A stretch of DNA of 64,000 nt from assembly GCA_964291285.2 (NCBI GenBank), contig OZ219785.1, forward strand, positions 672,001 through 736,000, in the 5' to 3' direction. This stretch comes from Alphaproteobacteria bacterium. Its GTDB lineage: Bacteria; Pseudomonadota; Alphaproteobacteria; Bin95. Made by a program: the position numbers and the translations under genes. Each line of letters begins with the position of its first letter. Position 1 is the first letter of the stretch. The notes under the pieces are model-generated. The model searched no databases. It was given only the letters and a program-made list of their open reading frames with translations, and had not been told where the DNA came from. Shown here piece after piece: positions 51,906 to 62,735 of this stretch.

Positions 51906-53054
51906 TCACCCCAGCCGCCGGTCCAGCTCCGCGAGGCAGGCGGTTCGGTCGGGCTGGAAGGCGCGGGCGATCCACCAGTCTTCGAGGTCGCGGAGCAGGC
52001 GGCCTAACGCCGGGCCGGCGGGGACGCCGCGGGCGCGCAGGTCGCGGCCCGCGAGCGGGAAGGGCGGGGGCGGGGGGTCGGCCAGCAGCGCCTCGCCTGT
52101 TTCGTCGCCGCCCGTGAGCAGGAGGCGGTCGAGGAAGCGCTCTCGGCCCTCGCGGTAGAGCGCCCGGCGGTCTAGCGGCTTCGGCTCGGCGAGTGCCTCT
52201 ATGCGTTCCGCCTCGGCCGCGCTGAGGCGCAGCCGGCCGGGGTCCGGGCGGGCGAGCAGGGCGGCGAGGCGGCGGACGGGGTCGGGCGCGACGGCGAGCC
52301 GGGCCTCCGCTTCGACAGTCCGGGCCAGCCGGTCCGTCCTCTCCGCCGCCGGCAGGACCGGGCGGAACACGCCGCGCGCCGCCATCAGGGCTGCGACCGG
52401 CGCGGGGTCGGGCGCGGCGAGCAGGCCCAGCATCTCCGCCCGGAGGCGCTCGCCGGAAAGCGACTCCATCAGCGGCGCGAGCCGGACCGCCGCTTCGAGG
52501 CTCGCGGGGTGGCCCGGCAGCGTCCCGAAGCGGGCGGTGAAGCGGAAGAAGCGCAGCACCCTCAGCACGTCCTCGTGTATGCGCCGCTCCGGGTCGCCGA
52601 CGAAGCGGACGAGGCCGGCGGCAAGGTCCGCGCGCCCGCCGAAATAGTCGAACAGCCGGCCCTCGGGGCTCGCCGACATGGCGTTCACGGTGAAATCCCG
52701 CCGGGCGGCGTCCTCGCGCCAGTCGCGCGTCCAGGCGACCACGGCGCGCCGGCCGTCGGTCTCCACATCGCGGCGCAGCGACGCCACCTCTGAGTGGCGC
52801 CGCCTGCCGACGGCCAGCACGACGCCGTGGTCGATGCCGTAGGTGCGGACCTTGAGGCCCGCCGCTTCCAGCCGCCGCACGACCTCGGGCGGCTCCTCCG
52901 GCGTGGCGATGTCGAGCTCAGTGTCAGGGGTCAGCCGGCCCGCAAGCGCATCGCGGACCGCCCCGCCGACGAAGCGGCAATCGCCCAGCGCCCCCACGAT
53001 TCGCGCGATGTCGGGGTCGCGCATCCAGTCCGCCGCCGGGGCGAATGCGGTCAA
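51906..53054 (-). CDS. cca: CCA tRNA nucleotidyltransferase
   Basis: FVGGAVRD, DIAT, DAARRDFTVNAM, RIHEDVLRVLRFFRF; TTG start inferred. Confidence 0.85.
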   Translation of the reverse strand: MTAFAPAADWMRDPDIARIVGALGDCRFVGGAVRDALAGRLTPDTELDIATPEEPPEVVRRLEAAGLKVRTYGIDHGVVLAVGRRRHSEVASLRRDVETDGRRAVVAWTRDWREDAARRDFTVNAMSASPEGRLFDYFGGRADLAAGLVRFVGDPERRIHEDVLRVLRFFRFTARFGTLPGHPASLEAAVRLAPLMESLSGERLRAEMLGLLAAPDPAPVAALMAARGVFRPVLPAAERTDRLARTVEAEARLAVAPDPVRRLAALLARPDPGRLRLSAAEAERIEALAEPKPLDRRALYREGRERFLDRLLLTGGDETGEALLADPPPPPFPLAGRDLRARGVPAGPALGRLLRDLEDWWIARAFQPDRTACLAELDRRLG

Positions 53055-53314
53055 TCCGCCACCTTGCCGGGCACGATCTTCCCGTCCTCGACCCGGGGCG
53101 GGCTGTAGGTGCCCTCCGGGTCCGAGGTGCCGGTGAGCGCCCAGTAGCCGAGCAGCAGCGCGACCAGGCAGAAGCCGGAGACGAGAATGGCGTTCCAGGG
53201 CGCGTCGCGCAGCCATCCGGGCGCGGGCCGCCCGTCGCGGATGACGACCCACGCCATGTAGAGCAGCAGCGGTATCGAGGCCGCGAGCAGGAGTTGGACG
53301 ACGACCTTCAGCAT
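53051..53314 (-). CDS. Small membrane protein (DUF6111-like)
   Basis: Two TM segments and the C-terminal YSPPRVEDGKIVPG; usual position between nudL and cca. Confidence 0.7.
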   Translation of the reverse strand: MLKVVVQLLLAASIPLLLYMAWVVIRDGRPAPGWLRDAPWNAILVSGFCLVALLLGYWALTGTSDPEGTYSPPRVEDGKIVPGKVAD

Positions 53315-53943
53315 GGCGTCCCCATGAGCGTGTCGTGGAGGTTGACCAGCATGCCGGCGGTCGCGCCCCAGATGTGGTAGCCCCGGTAGGGCAGCACATA
53401 GTAGTGCCGCTGGAGGCCGTCGCGGAACATGGTCTCGCGCTTGTGGTTCGCCGGGTCCAGCACGAAGGCGAGCGGCACCTCGAAGGCCTCCTCCACCTCG
53501 AAGGGATCGACGCTGAGCTCGATGGGCGGCTCGACCCAGCCGATCACCGGCGTCACCGCATAGGCGCTGGTGGTCTCATACACCTCAAGCTGGCCCAGAA
53601 CCTCGACGAGGCGCCGGTCGAGCCCGACCTCCTCCTCGGTCTCGCGGAGCGCCGTTTCCAGGATGTCGGCGTCGCCCGGCTCCCGCCTGCCGCCGGGAAA
53701 GGCGATCTGGCCCGCATGATGCTTGAGGTGGTGGGTGCGCTGGGTCAGCAGGATCGTCGGGCCTTCCGCCCGCGCCACCAGCGCCACGAGCACGCCCGCG
53801 GGCTTCAGCCGGCGCCCGTTGGCGAACGCGGGCCGGCCGTCCGGCAGCAGGTCGAAATCGCTGCGCCGGGGCGGGCTCAGCCCGTCGGGACCGGAGACGA
53901 ACCCGGCCGCCTCGAGGCGCGCGATCACCTCCTCACGAGTCAT
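53308..53943 (-). CDS. nudL: CoA pyrophosphatase (NudL)
   Basis: LLTQRT, HAGQIAFPGG, ALRETEEEVG, IWGATAGML. Confidence 0.88.
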   Translation of the reverse strand: MTREEVIARLEAAGFVSGPDGLSPPRRSDFDLLPDGRPAFANGRRLKPAGVLVALVARAEGPTILLTQRTHHLKHHAGQIAFPGGRREPGDADILETALRETEEEVGLDRRLVEVLGQLEVYETTSAYAVTPVIGWVEPPIELSVDPFEVEEAFEVPLAFVLDPANHKRETMFRDGLQRHYYVLPYRGYHIWGATAGMLVNLHDTLMGTPC

Positions 53944-54436
53944 CGTCGAGCGCTCCCAGGTCGAAAAACGCCCCGCCGCTCCACACGCCGTAGCCGCTCC
54001 CGGTCTCTTCCGCCAGTTCCGCGAGCTCGTACCAGGGCGCGCGCAGCACCGCCGCCTCGATGCCGGGCCGGACGAGCAGATAGGGCCGCGCGCCGAGCCG
54101 GAGCGGATGGCCGGGGCCGAGCGCCACCCATTCGTCGATATTGGTCCGGAAATGCACCTGCCGGCGCCGGCCTTCCCCCTCTACCCGCATTTCGACCGCG
54201 ACGAAGGGCGCGTCCTCGACCTCGACCTCCACGCGCTCCACGGGCGTTTCCAGCAGGTAGCCGCCGTCGGGCGCGCGCTTCAGCACGGTGCTGAACAGCT
54301 TGACCAGCGCCGGGCGGCGGAAGGGCAGGCCGTTGTGGAACCACACGCCGTTGCGGTCTATGCGCATGCCGTCGCGCACGGGCGCGCGCGGGTGCGCCCC
54401 GGTTGAATCTTCGCAGGTCTGGAGATTCCGGGCCAT
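53933..54436 (-). CDS. DUF1285 domain protein
   Basis: MRIDRNGVWFHNG, LVKLFSTVL, LETPVE...VEDAPFVAV, FRTNID. Confidence 0.82.
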   Translation of the reverse strand: MARNLQTCEDSTGAHPRAPVRDGMRIDRNGVWFHNGLPFRRPALVKLFSTVLKRAPDGGYLLETPVERVEVEVEDAPFVAVEMRVEGEGRRRQVHFRTNIDEWVALGPGHPLRLGARPYLLVRPGIEAAVLRAPWYELAELAEETGSGYGVWSGGAFFDLGALDDDS

Positions 54437-54526
54437 GGCGGTGCCATAATAGGGCAGTATGTCCGCGCCGGAAGGCCCGCGCCGATCGGGTCGCGGGCGC
54501 GGCGTCGAACATGGAGGCCCCGTTTC

Positions 54527-55537
<1,011 letters not shown>

Positions 55538-55549
55538 ACGGGGCGGCCG

Positions 55550-56416
55550 GTGCCCGTCGTCGCAGCGGAACGCCTCGCCGCCGGGCTGCCGGCGCCGGCG
55601 GTCGCCGCGCTCCGGGTGGCGGAAACGGTGAGCGCGGGCTCCCACGGGCTTCGCCGGCCGGGGCCCGGCTACGATTTCTGGCAGTTCCGCCTCTACCGGG
55701 CGGGGGACCCCGTGCGCGCCGTCGACTGGCGGCGCTCGGCGCGGGACGGCCGCGTGCTGGTCAGCGAGCGCGAGCGCGATGCGGCGCAGACCTTCTGGCT
55801 GTGGGAGGACCGCTCGGCGTCCATGGACTGGAGCGGCGCGCGGACGCGGGAGACCAAGGCTGAGCGCGCGCGGCTGCTGGTCCTGGCGGCGGCCGTGCTG
55901 CTGATGCGCGCCGGCCACCAGGTGGCGCCCATCGGGCCCGCGCCCCGCCGCTACCGCCATGAGCGGCGCCTCGGCGAGCTGTCGCTCGCGCTCGACCGCG
56001 CGCCGCCCGTCGCCGGCCTTCCCCGGAACCTCGGCTTCGGCAAATACGCCCAGGCGCTCCTGGTCGGCGATTTCCTCGACGCGGCCGGCACGGTCGAGCC
56101 GCTGTTCCGCAGGCTGGCGGATTCCGGCGTGCGCGGCCATATCGTGCAGGTTCTGGACCCGGCGGAGACCGACCTGCCGATGCAGGGAAGGCGGCGTTTC
56201 ATAGGGCTGGAAGGCGAGGGCGAACTGCTGGTGCGCCGCGTGGGGGGGCTTCGCGCCGCCTATCGCGAACGGCTGGAGGCTCATAACGAGGCCTTGCGGC
56301 ACAATGTGGCCCGGCTTGGCTGGACCCTGCTGCGGCACCGGAGCGATGCGCCGCCGGTCTCGGTCCTGCTTGCGCTCGCCGGCCAGCTGGCCGAGCGGCC
56401 CGACCGGCTGTGCTGA
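55550..56416 (+). CDS. DUF58 protein
   Basis: FWQFRLY..GD...VDWRRSAR, DRSASM. Confidence 0.88.
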   Translation: MPVVAAERLAAGLPAPAVAALRVAETVSAGSHGLRRPGPGYDFWQFRLYRAGDPVRAVDWRRSARDGRVLVSERERDAAQTFWLWEDRSASMDWSGARTRETKAERARLLVLAAAVLLMRAGHQVAPIGPAPRRYRHERRLGELSLALDRAPPVAGLPRNLGFGKYAQALLVGDFLDAAGTVEPLFRRLADSGVRGHIVQVLDPAETDLPMQGRRRFIGLEGEGELLVRRVGGLRAAYRERLEAHNEALRHNVARLGWTLLRHRSDAPPVSVLLALAGQLAERPDRLC

Positions 56417-59115
56417 CGCTCGGCGCCATCGGCTTCGCCGCGCCGTGGTTCCTGCTCGGCCTGCTGGTGCTGCCGCTGGTCTGGCTGCTGCTGCGCATCA
56501 CCCCGCCGCAGCCGGTCGCCACCCGCTTTCCCGCGATCCGGTTCCTGTTCGGGCTGAGGCAGGACGACGACAGCAGCGAGCGCACGCCGCCCTGGATGCT
56601 GTTGCTGCGGCTCCTGATCGCCGGGCTGCTGGTGCTGGCGGCCGCCCGGCCGATCCTCGCGCCCGGCAGCCTGCTGGAAGGGCAGGGCGAGGTGGTGCTG
56701 GCCATCGACGACGGCTGGGCGTCCGCCCCGCAATGGCCGTCCATGCGGGCCGCGGCGCTCGCCATGCTGGACGAAGCGGCGCGGCGGGACCGCCCGGTCC
56801 GGCTGCTGGCGACGGCGCCCGGCCCCGACGGCGGCCTGCCGCAGGCGGTCGGGCCGTTCCCGCCCGCCGATGCGGCCGCGGTCGTCGCGGCGCTGGAGCC
56901 GAAACCCTGGCCGACGGACCGGATTGCCGCGGCTGCGGCCATGCAGGAGCTTGGCATTTCGGGGCCGGTATCCGCCATATGGGTGAGCGACGGGCTCGAA
57001 GAGGGCGCTGCCGGCGCGTTCGCCAGGGCGCTGCAGCGCCTCGGCAGCCTGGACGTGCTGCGGCCGGAACCCGGGGACCGCGCCCGGCTGCTCCGTCCGC
57101 CGAAACGCGAAGCCGGGCGCCTGACGGTCCATGTGGACCGGGCCGGCCGGGGAGCGGAGACGGTCACGGTGGAGGCGCTGGACGAAGACGGCTTGCGGCT
57201 TGCGGCCGCCGAGGTTGCGTTCGCCCGGGGCGAGACCGCCGCATCGGCGTCCGTCGAACGCCCGGACGAGTTGTTGAACCGCATCGCGCGCTTCCGCGTC
57301 GTCGGCGAGACGGGCGCCGGCGCGACCGCGCTGGTCGGCAGCGACTGGCGCCGGCGCAAGGTCGGGCTGGCGGCGACCGGCATGGCCGGCCATCCGCTGC
57401 TCGACGACCAGCACTATCTGCGCACGGCGTTCGCCCCGTTCGCAACGGTGGTGGAGGCCCCGGTCGGGGAGCTTCTCGAAGCGGGCGTCGGCACGCTGGT
57501 GCTGACCGACGCAGCGGAGACCGGGCGGGCGGCGCGCGACGGGCTGGCCGAGTGGGTGGAGGCGGGCGGCGTCCTGCTGCGCTTCTCGGGGCCGCGGCTC
57601 GCCGAAGCCGGCGCGGACCTGCTTCCGGTTCCGCTGCGCCGCGGCAGGCGCGAACTCGGCGGCGCGCTCACCTGGGCGCAGCCTCAGCGGCTCGGCGCAT
57701 TTTCGGGAACGAGCCCCTTCGCCGGGCTGGAGCCGGCCGGCGACATCGCGGTCACCCGACAGGTGCTCGCCGAACCGGGCCCGGAACTCCCGGCAAAGAG
57801 CTGGGCGGTGCTGGCGGACGGCACCCCCATCGTGACCGGCGCGCGGCTTGGCGAGGGCTGGACGGCCCTCGTGCATACCTCCGCCAATGCCGACTGGTCC
57901 ACGCTCGCGCTCTCGGGGCTTTACCCGCAGATGCTCTCCCGCCTGGCCGCGCTCGGCGGGGGAACGGGCGGACCTGCCGGGCTGCTCGAGCCGGCGCGCC
58001 TGCTGGACGGATTCGGGCGATGGACGGAAGCCGGCCCGGCCGTATTGCCGCTGCCGGGCGACTGGACCGGCGCGGAGCCGCCGGATCCGTTCGCGCCGCC
58101 GGGCCTGTACGGACGGGCCGGCGAATTCCGCGCCGTCAATCTCGGCACCGCCCTGCCTGCGCCTGCGCCGCTGGCGGGCCTGCCGCAGGGCGTGGTCGAG
58201 CGGGGCCTTGCGCCCGGCCGCGAACATCCGCTTGTCCCCTGGCTGCTGCTTGCCTGCCTCGTCCTGCTGCTGGTGGACGGGGCGGCCTCGCTCGCCTATC
58301 GCGGCTACCTGCCGCTCGGCGCGAAGGCAGGGCTGGCGGCCGCGCTGCTTGCCGGCTTCGGAGGCGGCGGCGATGCGCTGGCGGCGGATCCGGAGCGCCT
58401 CGCGGCGGAGGTGCATCTCGCCTATGTGCTCACCGGCGACGCGGAGGTGGACGAAACCAGCCGCGCGGGCCTCGCGGGCCTCAGCCGGGTGCTGACCGAC
58501 CGGACCATGGTCGAGCCGGGCGCGCCCCAGGCGGTCGATGTGGAGCGGGACGAGCTCGCGTTTTTCCCGATGCTGTTCTGGCCGGTCGCGGCGAACCAGC
58601 CGCCGCTCTCCGAGAGGGCGCGCGCGCGGCTGGCCGCCTATGTCGCGACGGGCGGCATGCTGGTGTTCGACACGCGCGACCGCAGCGCCGTCGGCGGGCA
58701 TATCGACATGCGCGGCACGGTCATGACGCCGGAGCGCGAGCGGTTGAGGAAACTGCTGGCGGGCATGCGCGTGCCGCCGCTGACGGCCGTGCCGCCGGAC
58801 CATGTGCTGACCAGGTCGTTCTACCTGCTCCAGAGCTTCGCGGGCCGGTATGCCGGCGGCACGGTGTGGGTCGAGCGCACGGCCTCGAGCCGCACCGACG
58901 GCGTGACCGGCTACCTGATCGGCTCGAACGACTGGGCGGCGGCCTGGGCCGAGGACTCCTACGGACGCCCCATGTTCGCCGTCACCCCCGGCGGCGAGCG
59001 CCAGCGCGAAGCGGCGCGGCGCTTCGGCGTCAATCTCGTCATGCATGCGCTCACCGGCAACTACAAGGCCGACCAGGTGCATGTGCCGGCCATTCTGCGG
59101 CGCCTCGACGGATGA
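56410..59115 (+). CDS. BatA N-terminal + DUF4159 domain protein
   Basis: FAAPWFL...FPAIRFL...TPPWMLLLRL; C-terminal HVLTRSFYLL, RFGVNLVMHALTGNYKADQVH. Confidence 0.85.
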   Translation: MLTLGAIGFAAPWFLLGLLVLPLVWLLLRITPPQPVATRFPAIRFLFGLRQDDDSSERTPPWMLLLRLLIAGLLVLAAARPILAPGSLLEGQGEVVLAIDDGWASAPQWPSMRAAALAMLDEAARRDRPVRLLATAPGPDGGLPQAVGPFPPADAAAVVAALEPKPWPTDRIAAAAAMQELGISGPVSAIWVSDGLEEGAAGAFARALQRLGSLDVLRPEPGDRARLLRPPKREAGRLTVHVDRAGRGAETVTVEALDEDGLRLAAAEVAFARGETAASASVERPDELLNRIARFRVVGETGAGATALVGSDWRRRKVGLAATGMAGHPLLDDQHYLRTAFAPFATVVEAPVGELLEAGVGTLVLTDAAETGRAARDGLAEWVEAGGVLLRFSGPRLAEAGADLLPVPLRRGRRELGGALTWAQPQRLGAFSGTSPFAGLEPAGDIAVTRQVLAEPGPELPAKSWAVLADGTPIVTGARLGEGWTALVHTSANADWSTLALSGLYPQMLSRLAALGGGTGGPAGLLEPARLLDGFGRWTEAGPAVLPLPGDWTGAEPPDPFAPPGLYGRAGEFRAVNLGTALPAPAPLAGLPQGVVERGLAPGREHPLVPWLLLACLVLLLVDGAASLAYRGYLPLGAKAGLAAALLAGFGGGGDALAADPERLAAEVHLAYVLTGDAEVDETSRAGLAGLSRVLTDRTMVEPGAPQAVDVERDELAFFPMLFWPVAANQPPLSERARARLAAYVATGGMLVFDTRDRSAVGGHIDMRGTVMTPERERLRKLLAGMRVPPLTAVPPDHVLTRSFYLLQSFAGRYAGGTVWVERTASSRTDGVTGYLIGSNDWAAAWAEDSYGRPMFAVTPGGERQREAARRFGVNLVMHALTGNYKADQVHVPAILRRLDG

Positions 59116-61199
59116 TCGCCAACGCAACCGATATCGCGTTTGCGCCGATGCTGCCCTGGTGGCTGGTCGCCGGCCTCGGCGCGGCGGCACTGGCGGCGGC
59201 GGGGCTTGCCTTCGCGCGCCGCGCCTCGGGCGGCGCGCTCCGGCTGCTGCTCTCGGCGCTGCTGGTCGCCGCGCTCCTGCGGCCGACCCTGGTCTCGGAA
59301 CTGAGGGAGCAGGAACGGGACGCGGCCATCGTCCTGGTGGACCGCTCCGGGAGCCAGGATGTGGGCGGCCGGACCCGGATGACGGACGAGGCTCTGGATG
59401 CGCTGGAGAGCCGGCTGGACTTCCTGCCCAACCTCGATGCGCTGATCGTCGAGACCGCGGCCGCGGGCGGGCCCGACCGCGGCACGGCGCTTCTGGGCGC
59501 GCTGCGCGAGGCCTGGGCGGCGGTGCCCCGGCGCCAGCGGGCCGGAGCCTTCCTCATCACCGACGGCCAGGTGCATGACGCACAGGTGGCGCCGCCTGCC
59601 GGACCGGAGGAAATGGGCCCCGTGCATGTGCTGCTGACCGGCGACCCGGAGGAGGACGGCGACCGGCGGCTGTCCGTCCGGGCGGCGCCGGCCTACGGCA
59701 TTGTCGGCAAGGATGTCGAGGTCGAGCTCCTGGTGGAGGATCTCGGGCCGGAGGGCGCCGGGCGCGGCGGCGCGCTGGTCTCGGTCTCGGCGGACGGCCG
59801 GCCCCTGAAGACGGTGGGCGTCGTCCTCGGCCGTGCCGAGCGCATCGCCCTTCCGGTGGACCGCGCGGGCGCCACCGTCTTCGAGTTCGGGGTCGAGCCG
59901 GGGCCGCGCGAGCTCAGCGCCGCCAACAACCGCGCGATCGTCACCGTGAACGGCGTGCGGGACCGCCTGAAGGTGCTGCTGGTCTCGGGGCGGCCCCATG
60001 CCGGCGAACGGGTCTGGCGCAACCTGCTGAAATCCGACCCGGCGGTGGACCTCATCCACTTCACCATTCTGCGTCCGCCCTACAAGCAGGACGCCACGCC
60101 CATCCGCGAGCTCGCGCTGATCTCCTTCCCGGTGCGCGAGCTTTTCGAGGAGCGGCTGACGGAATTCGACCTTGTGGTCTTCGACCGCTATGCGCGCCGG
60201 GGGGTGATCCCGCAGCTCTACCTCGCCAATGTCGCCGACTATGTGCGCGGCGGCGGCGCGCTTCTCGACGCTGCCGGGCCGGGCTTCGCCTCGCGCATCA
60301 CCTCGCTGCACGACTCGGCGCTCAGCGACGTCTATCCGGCCGGGCCGACGGGCCGCATTCTCACGGAGCCGTTCCGTCCGGTGCCGACGGAGGTCGGCCG
60401 GCGCCATCCGGTGACCGGGCCGCTGGTCGCCGGTTCTGCGGAGCCCCGCTGGGGCCGCTGGTTCCGCCAGATCGACGTGGAGCCGGAGAGCGGCCAGGCG
60501 CTGCTGTCGGGCGCGGAAGGCCGCCCGCTCCTGCTGGTGGACCGGGTGGGCGAAGGACGCATCGGCCTGCTGGCCAGCGACCAGGTGTGGCTGTGGGCGC
60601 GCGGCTACCAGGGCGGAGGGCCGCATGCGGAATTGCTGCGCCGCCTCGCCCACTGGCTGATGAAGGAGCCGGACCTCGAAGAGGATGCGCTGACGGCCGC
60701 AATTGCGGGCGGGCGGCTGGAGGTGGAGCGGCGCAAGGCGGAAGCCGGGCCCGAGCCGGTGACGGCGCTGGCCCCGGACGGGCGCACGCTCGCCGTCGAG
60801 CTGAAGCCGGCCGGCGCCGGGCGCTGGCGCGGCGCGCTCGAGGCGGACGCGGCCGGCGTGTGGCAGGTGCGGTCGGGAGAGAAGACGGCGGTTGCGGGCG
60901 CCGCCGTCGATAACCCGCTGGAATTCGAGGACCTGCGCCCGACCGCAGCCCGGCTCGCGCCGGTTGCGGATTCCACCGGCGGGCGGCTGCTGTGGCTTGG
61001 AAATGACGGCGTGCCGGGTGTGCGCGCCGTCAGGCCGGGCGCGCGCATGGCGGGGCGGGACTGGCTCGGCCTGCGCGACAACCGCGCCTACCGCGTGACC
61101 GGCATAGAGCGCACGCCGCTCCTGCCGCCCTGGCTGGTGCTGGCGCTGGGCGCCCTGCTGCTCGCCTGGCTCTGGCGCCGCGAGGGTCAGCGCGGATAG
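59112..61199 (+). CDS. Membrane protein with vWA-like and glutamine-amidotransferase-like domains (MoxR cluster)
   Basis: VDRSGSQ, ITDGQVHD, RNLLKSDPAVDLIHFTILRPP, WLWARG..GGGP. Confidence 0.82.
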   Translation: MIANATDIAFAPMLPWWLVAGLGAAALAAAGLAFARRASGGALRLLLSALLVAALLRPTLVSELREQERDAAIVLVDRSGSQDVGGRTRMTDEALDALESRLDFLPNLDALIVETAAAGGPDRGTALLGALREAWAAVPRRQRAGAFLITDGQVHDAQVAPPAGPEEMGPVHVLLTGDPEEDGDRRLSVRAAPAYGIVGKDVEVELLVEDLGPEGAGRGGALVSVSADGRPLKTVGVVLGRAERIALPVDRAGATVFEFGVEPGPRELSAANNRAIVTVNGVRDRLKVLLVSGRPHAGERVWRNLLKSDPAVDLIHFTILRPPYKQDATPIRELALISFPVRELFEERLTEFDLVVFDRYARRGVIPQLYLANVADYVRGGGALLDAAGPGFASRITSLHDSALSDVYPAGPTGRILTEPFRPVPTEVGRRHPVTGPLVAGSAEPRWGRWFRQIDVEPESGQALLSGAEGRPLLLVDRVGEGRIGLLASDQVWLWARGYQGGGPHAELLRRLAHWLMKEPDLEEDALTAAIAGGRLEVERRKAEAGPEPVTALAPDGRTLAVELKPAGAGRWRGALEADAAGVWQVRSGEKTAVAGAAVDNPLEFEDLRPTAARLAPVADSTGGRLLWLGNDGVPGVRAVRPGARMAGRDWLGLRDNRAYRVTGIERTPLLPPWLVLALGALLLAWLWRREGQRG

Positions 61200-61216
61200 G
61201 ACCCACTCCACCGGCA

Positions 61217-61243
61217 TGTCATGGAATGTCATGTTTTGTCATG
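61217..61243. repeat. TGTCATG array B (10-bp phasing)
   Basis: TGTCATG at 61217, 61227 and 61237. Confidence 0.9.
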
Positions 61244-61260
61244 GTCCGAGGTTCTTTATT

Positions 61261-61410
61261 CGTCACCCCCGCGAAAGCGGGGGGCCATCCCTGACTGCCG
61301 ATGCCGCCGCGGTCGGCGGAGAGCAGGTTCTACCGCTGAAGCAGCCGTGAGAGTCAGGGATGGTCCCCGGCTCCCCCGCCTTCGCGGGGGCAGGCAAGGC
61401 CGGGGTGACG
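61261..61410. repeat. REP/BIME-like palindromic element
   Basis: CGTCACCCCCGCGAAAGCGGGGG hairpin, an inverted CCCCCGCCTTCGCGGGGG hairpin at about 61373, and terminal IR CGTCACCCC/GGGGTGACG. Confidence 0.7.
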
Positions 61411-61518
61411 GTTGTGCGTCGGGCAGCGGGACCCTCCTGCGTGGAGTGGGCCCCTGGTCTCGGACAGTTTTGTTGTAGGAAATTGACAGGTGCGCGGTCA
61501 TTGGAAGGATCGACGCCG

Positions 61519-61869
61519 ATGAGGAAGCACCGCACGCACAGCATGGCCTTCAAGCGCCAGGTCGTTGAGGAGTATCTGGCAGGCGAGACGTTTTACGGTC
61601 TGGCCCGCCGTCATGACCTGTCTCGCACCCTGATCCGGCTGTGGCTGGAGAAATACGAGGCCGGCGCCTTCGATGAGGAGGCCGAGGCGGCTGACACGCT
61701 CCGGGCGTATGAGGCCCGGATCGCGACGCTCGAACGGCTGGTCGGCCGGCAGGCCGCGGAGCTGGAGTTCCTAAAGGGGGCTTTGCGGCAAGGACGGCGG
61801 TCGAGGCGCGCGCCCATGTCCGTGATCGCCGGCCCCGAGGCCTCTCCGTCGCCGAAGGATGCCGACTGA
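61519..61869 (+). CDS. IS3-family OrfA (HTH)
   Basis: Nearly identical to 18593-18943. Confidence 0.9.
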   Translation: MRKHRTHSMAFKRQVVEEYLAGETFYGLARRHDLSRTLIRLWLEKYEAGAFDEEAEAADTLRAYEARIATLERLVGRQAAELEFLKGALRQGRRSRRAPMSVIAGPEASPSPKDAD

Positions 61870-62663
61870 TGGGGATCGCGCGCTCCACCTGTTACCGCGA
61901 GCCGCAGAGCCCGGTCGACGACACCGCCCTGGTCGAGGCGATGCACGAGATCAAGGACGAGTTCGAGGCCTATGGCTGGCGGCGCATGCAGGCGGAACTT
62001 CGCCACCGGGGCCGGACCGTCAACCACAAGAAGGTCAGGCGGCTGATGCGCGAACACGCCCTGCAGCCGCCGCGCAAGCGCCGCTTTGTCGCCACCACGG
62101 ACAGCGGCCACGACGGGCCGGTCTTCCCGGACCGGTCCCGGGACTGCGAGGTCGAGGGCCCGAACCGGCTCTGGGTCGCCGACCTGACCTACATCGCCAT
62201 CCTGGACGGCTTCGTCTATCTGGCGGCGGTCATGGACGCCTGGTCGCGCCGCATTGTCGGCTACGCGCTCGGGCAACGCATCGACGCGCGCCTGACGCTC
62301 GCGGCGCTCGACAAGGCGATCGGGAACCGAAGCCCTCAGCCCGGCTGCATCCACCACTCCGACAGGGGCTCGCAATACGCCGCCCATGCCTACCGGACCC
62401 GGCTCGACAAACACGGGATGGTCGGCTCCATGGGACGACGAGCCAACCCCTACGACAACGCCATGATGGAGAGCTTCATGAAAACCCTGAAGGTCGAAGG
62501 CGTCTATCCCATGGCCTTCGAGACCGCCGATGACGTCGCAAGGCAACTGCCACGCTTCATCGACAGCTACAACCACAGACGCCTGCACTCCGCCCTCGGA
62601 TATCTGAGCCCAAACCGCTTCGAGGAGAAACAACAACGCAACCCTGTCAAAAATGCCGCGTGA
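61869..62663 (+). CDS. IS3-family transposase OrfB
   Basis: DDE integrase core, nearly identical to 17799-18593. Confidence 0.95.
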   Translation: MGIARSTCYREPQSPVDDTALVEAMHEIKDEFEAYGWRRMQAELRHRGRTVNHKKVRRLMREHALQPPRKRRFVATTDSGHDGPVFPDRSRDCEVEGPNRLWVADLTYIAILDGFVYLAAVMDAWSRRIVGYALGQRIDARLTLAALDKAIGNRSPQPGCIHHSDRGSQYAAHAYRTRLDKHGMVGSMGRRANPYDNAMMESFMKTLKVEGVYPMAFETADDVARQLPRFIDSYNHRRLHSALGYLSPNRFEEKQQRNPVKNAA

Positions 62664-62697
62664 AACTGTCCGACCCAAGGGGCCCACTCCAGCGGAA

Positions 62698-62735
62698 TGT
62701 CATGAAATGTCATGTTCCGGCGGCGGCATGTCATG
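62698..62735. repeat. TGTCATG array C
   Basis: TGTCATG at 62698, 62708 and 62729. Confidence 0.88.

Larger units (their letters stand above)
61442..62691 (+). mobile_element. IS3-family element, copy 2 (1250 bp)
   Basis: Same IRs as copy 1; 3-bp target duplication GCG (61439-61441 and 62692-62694). Confidence 0.95.

Noticed and set aside
56304-61199. 1631-aa giant ORF and other long Arg/Ala/Pro-rich overlapping or antisense ORFs in the track
   Set aside because: High-GC shadow frames; the real genes are 56410-59115 and 59112-61199, and likewise elsewhere
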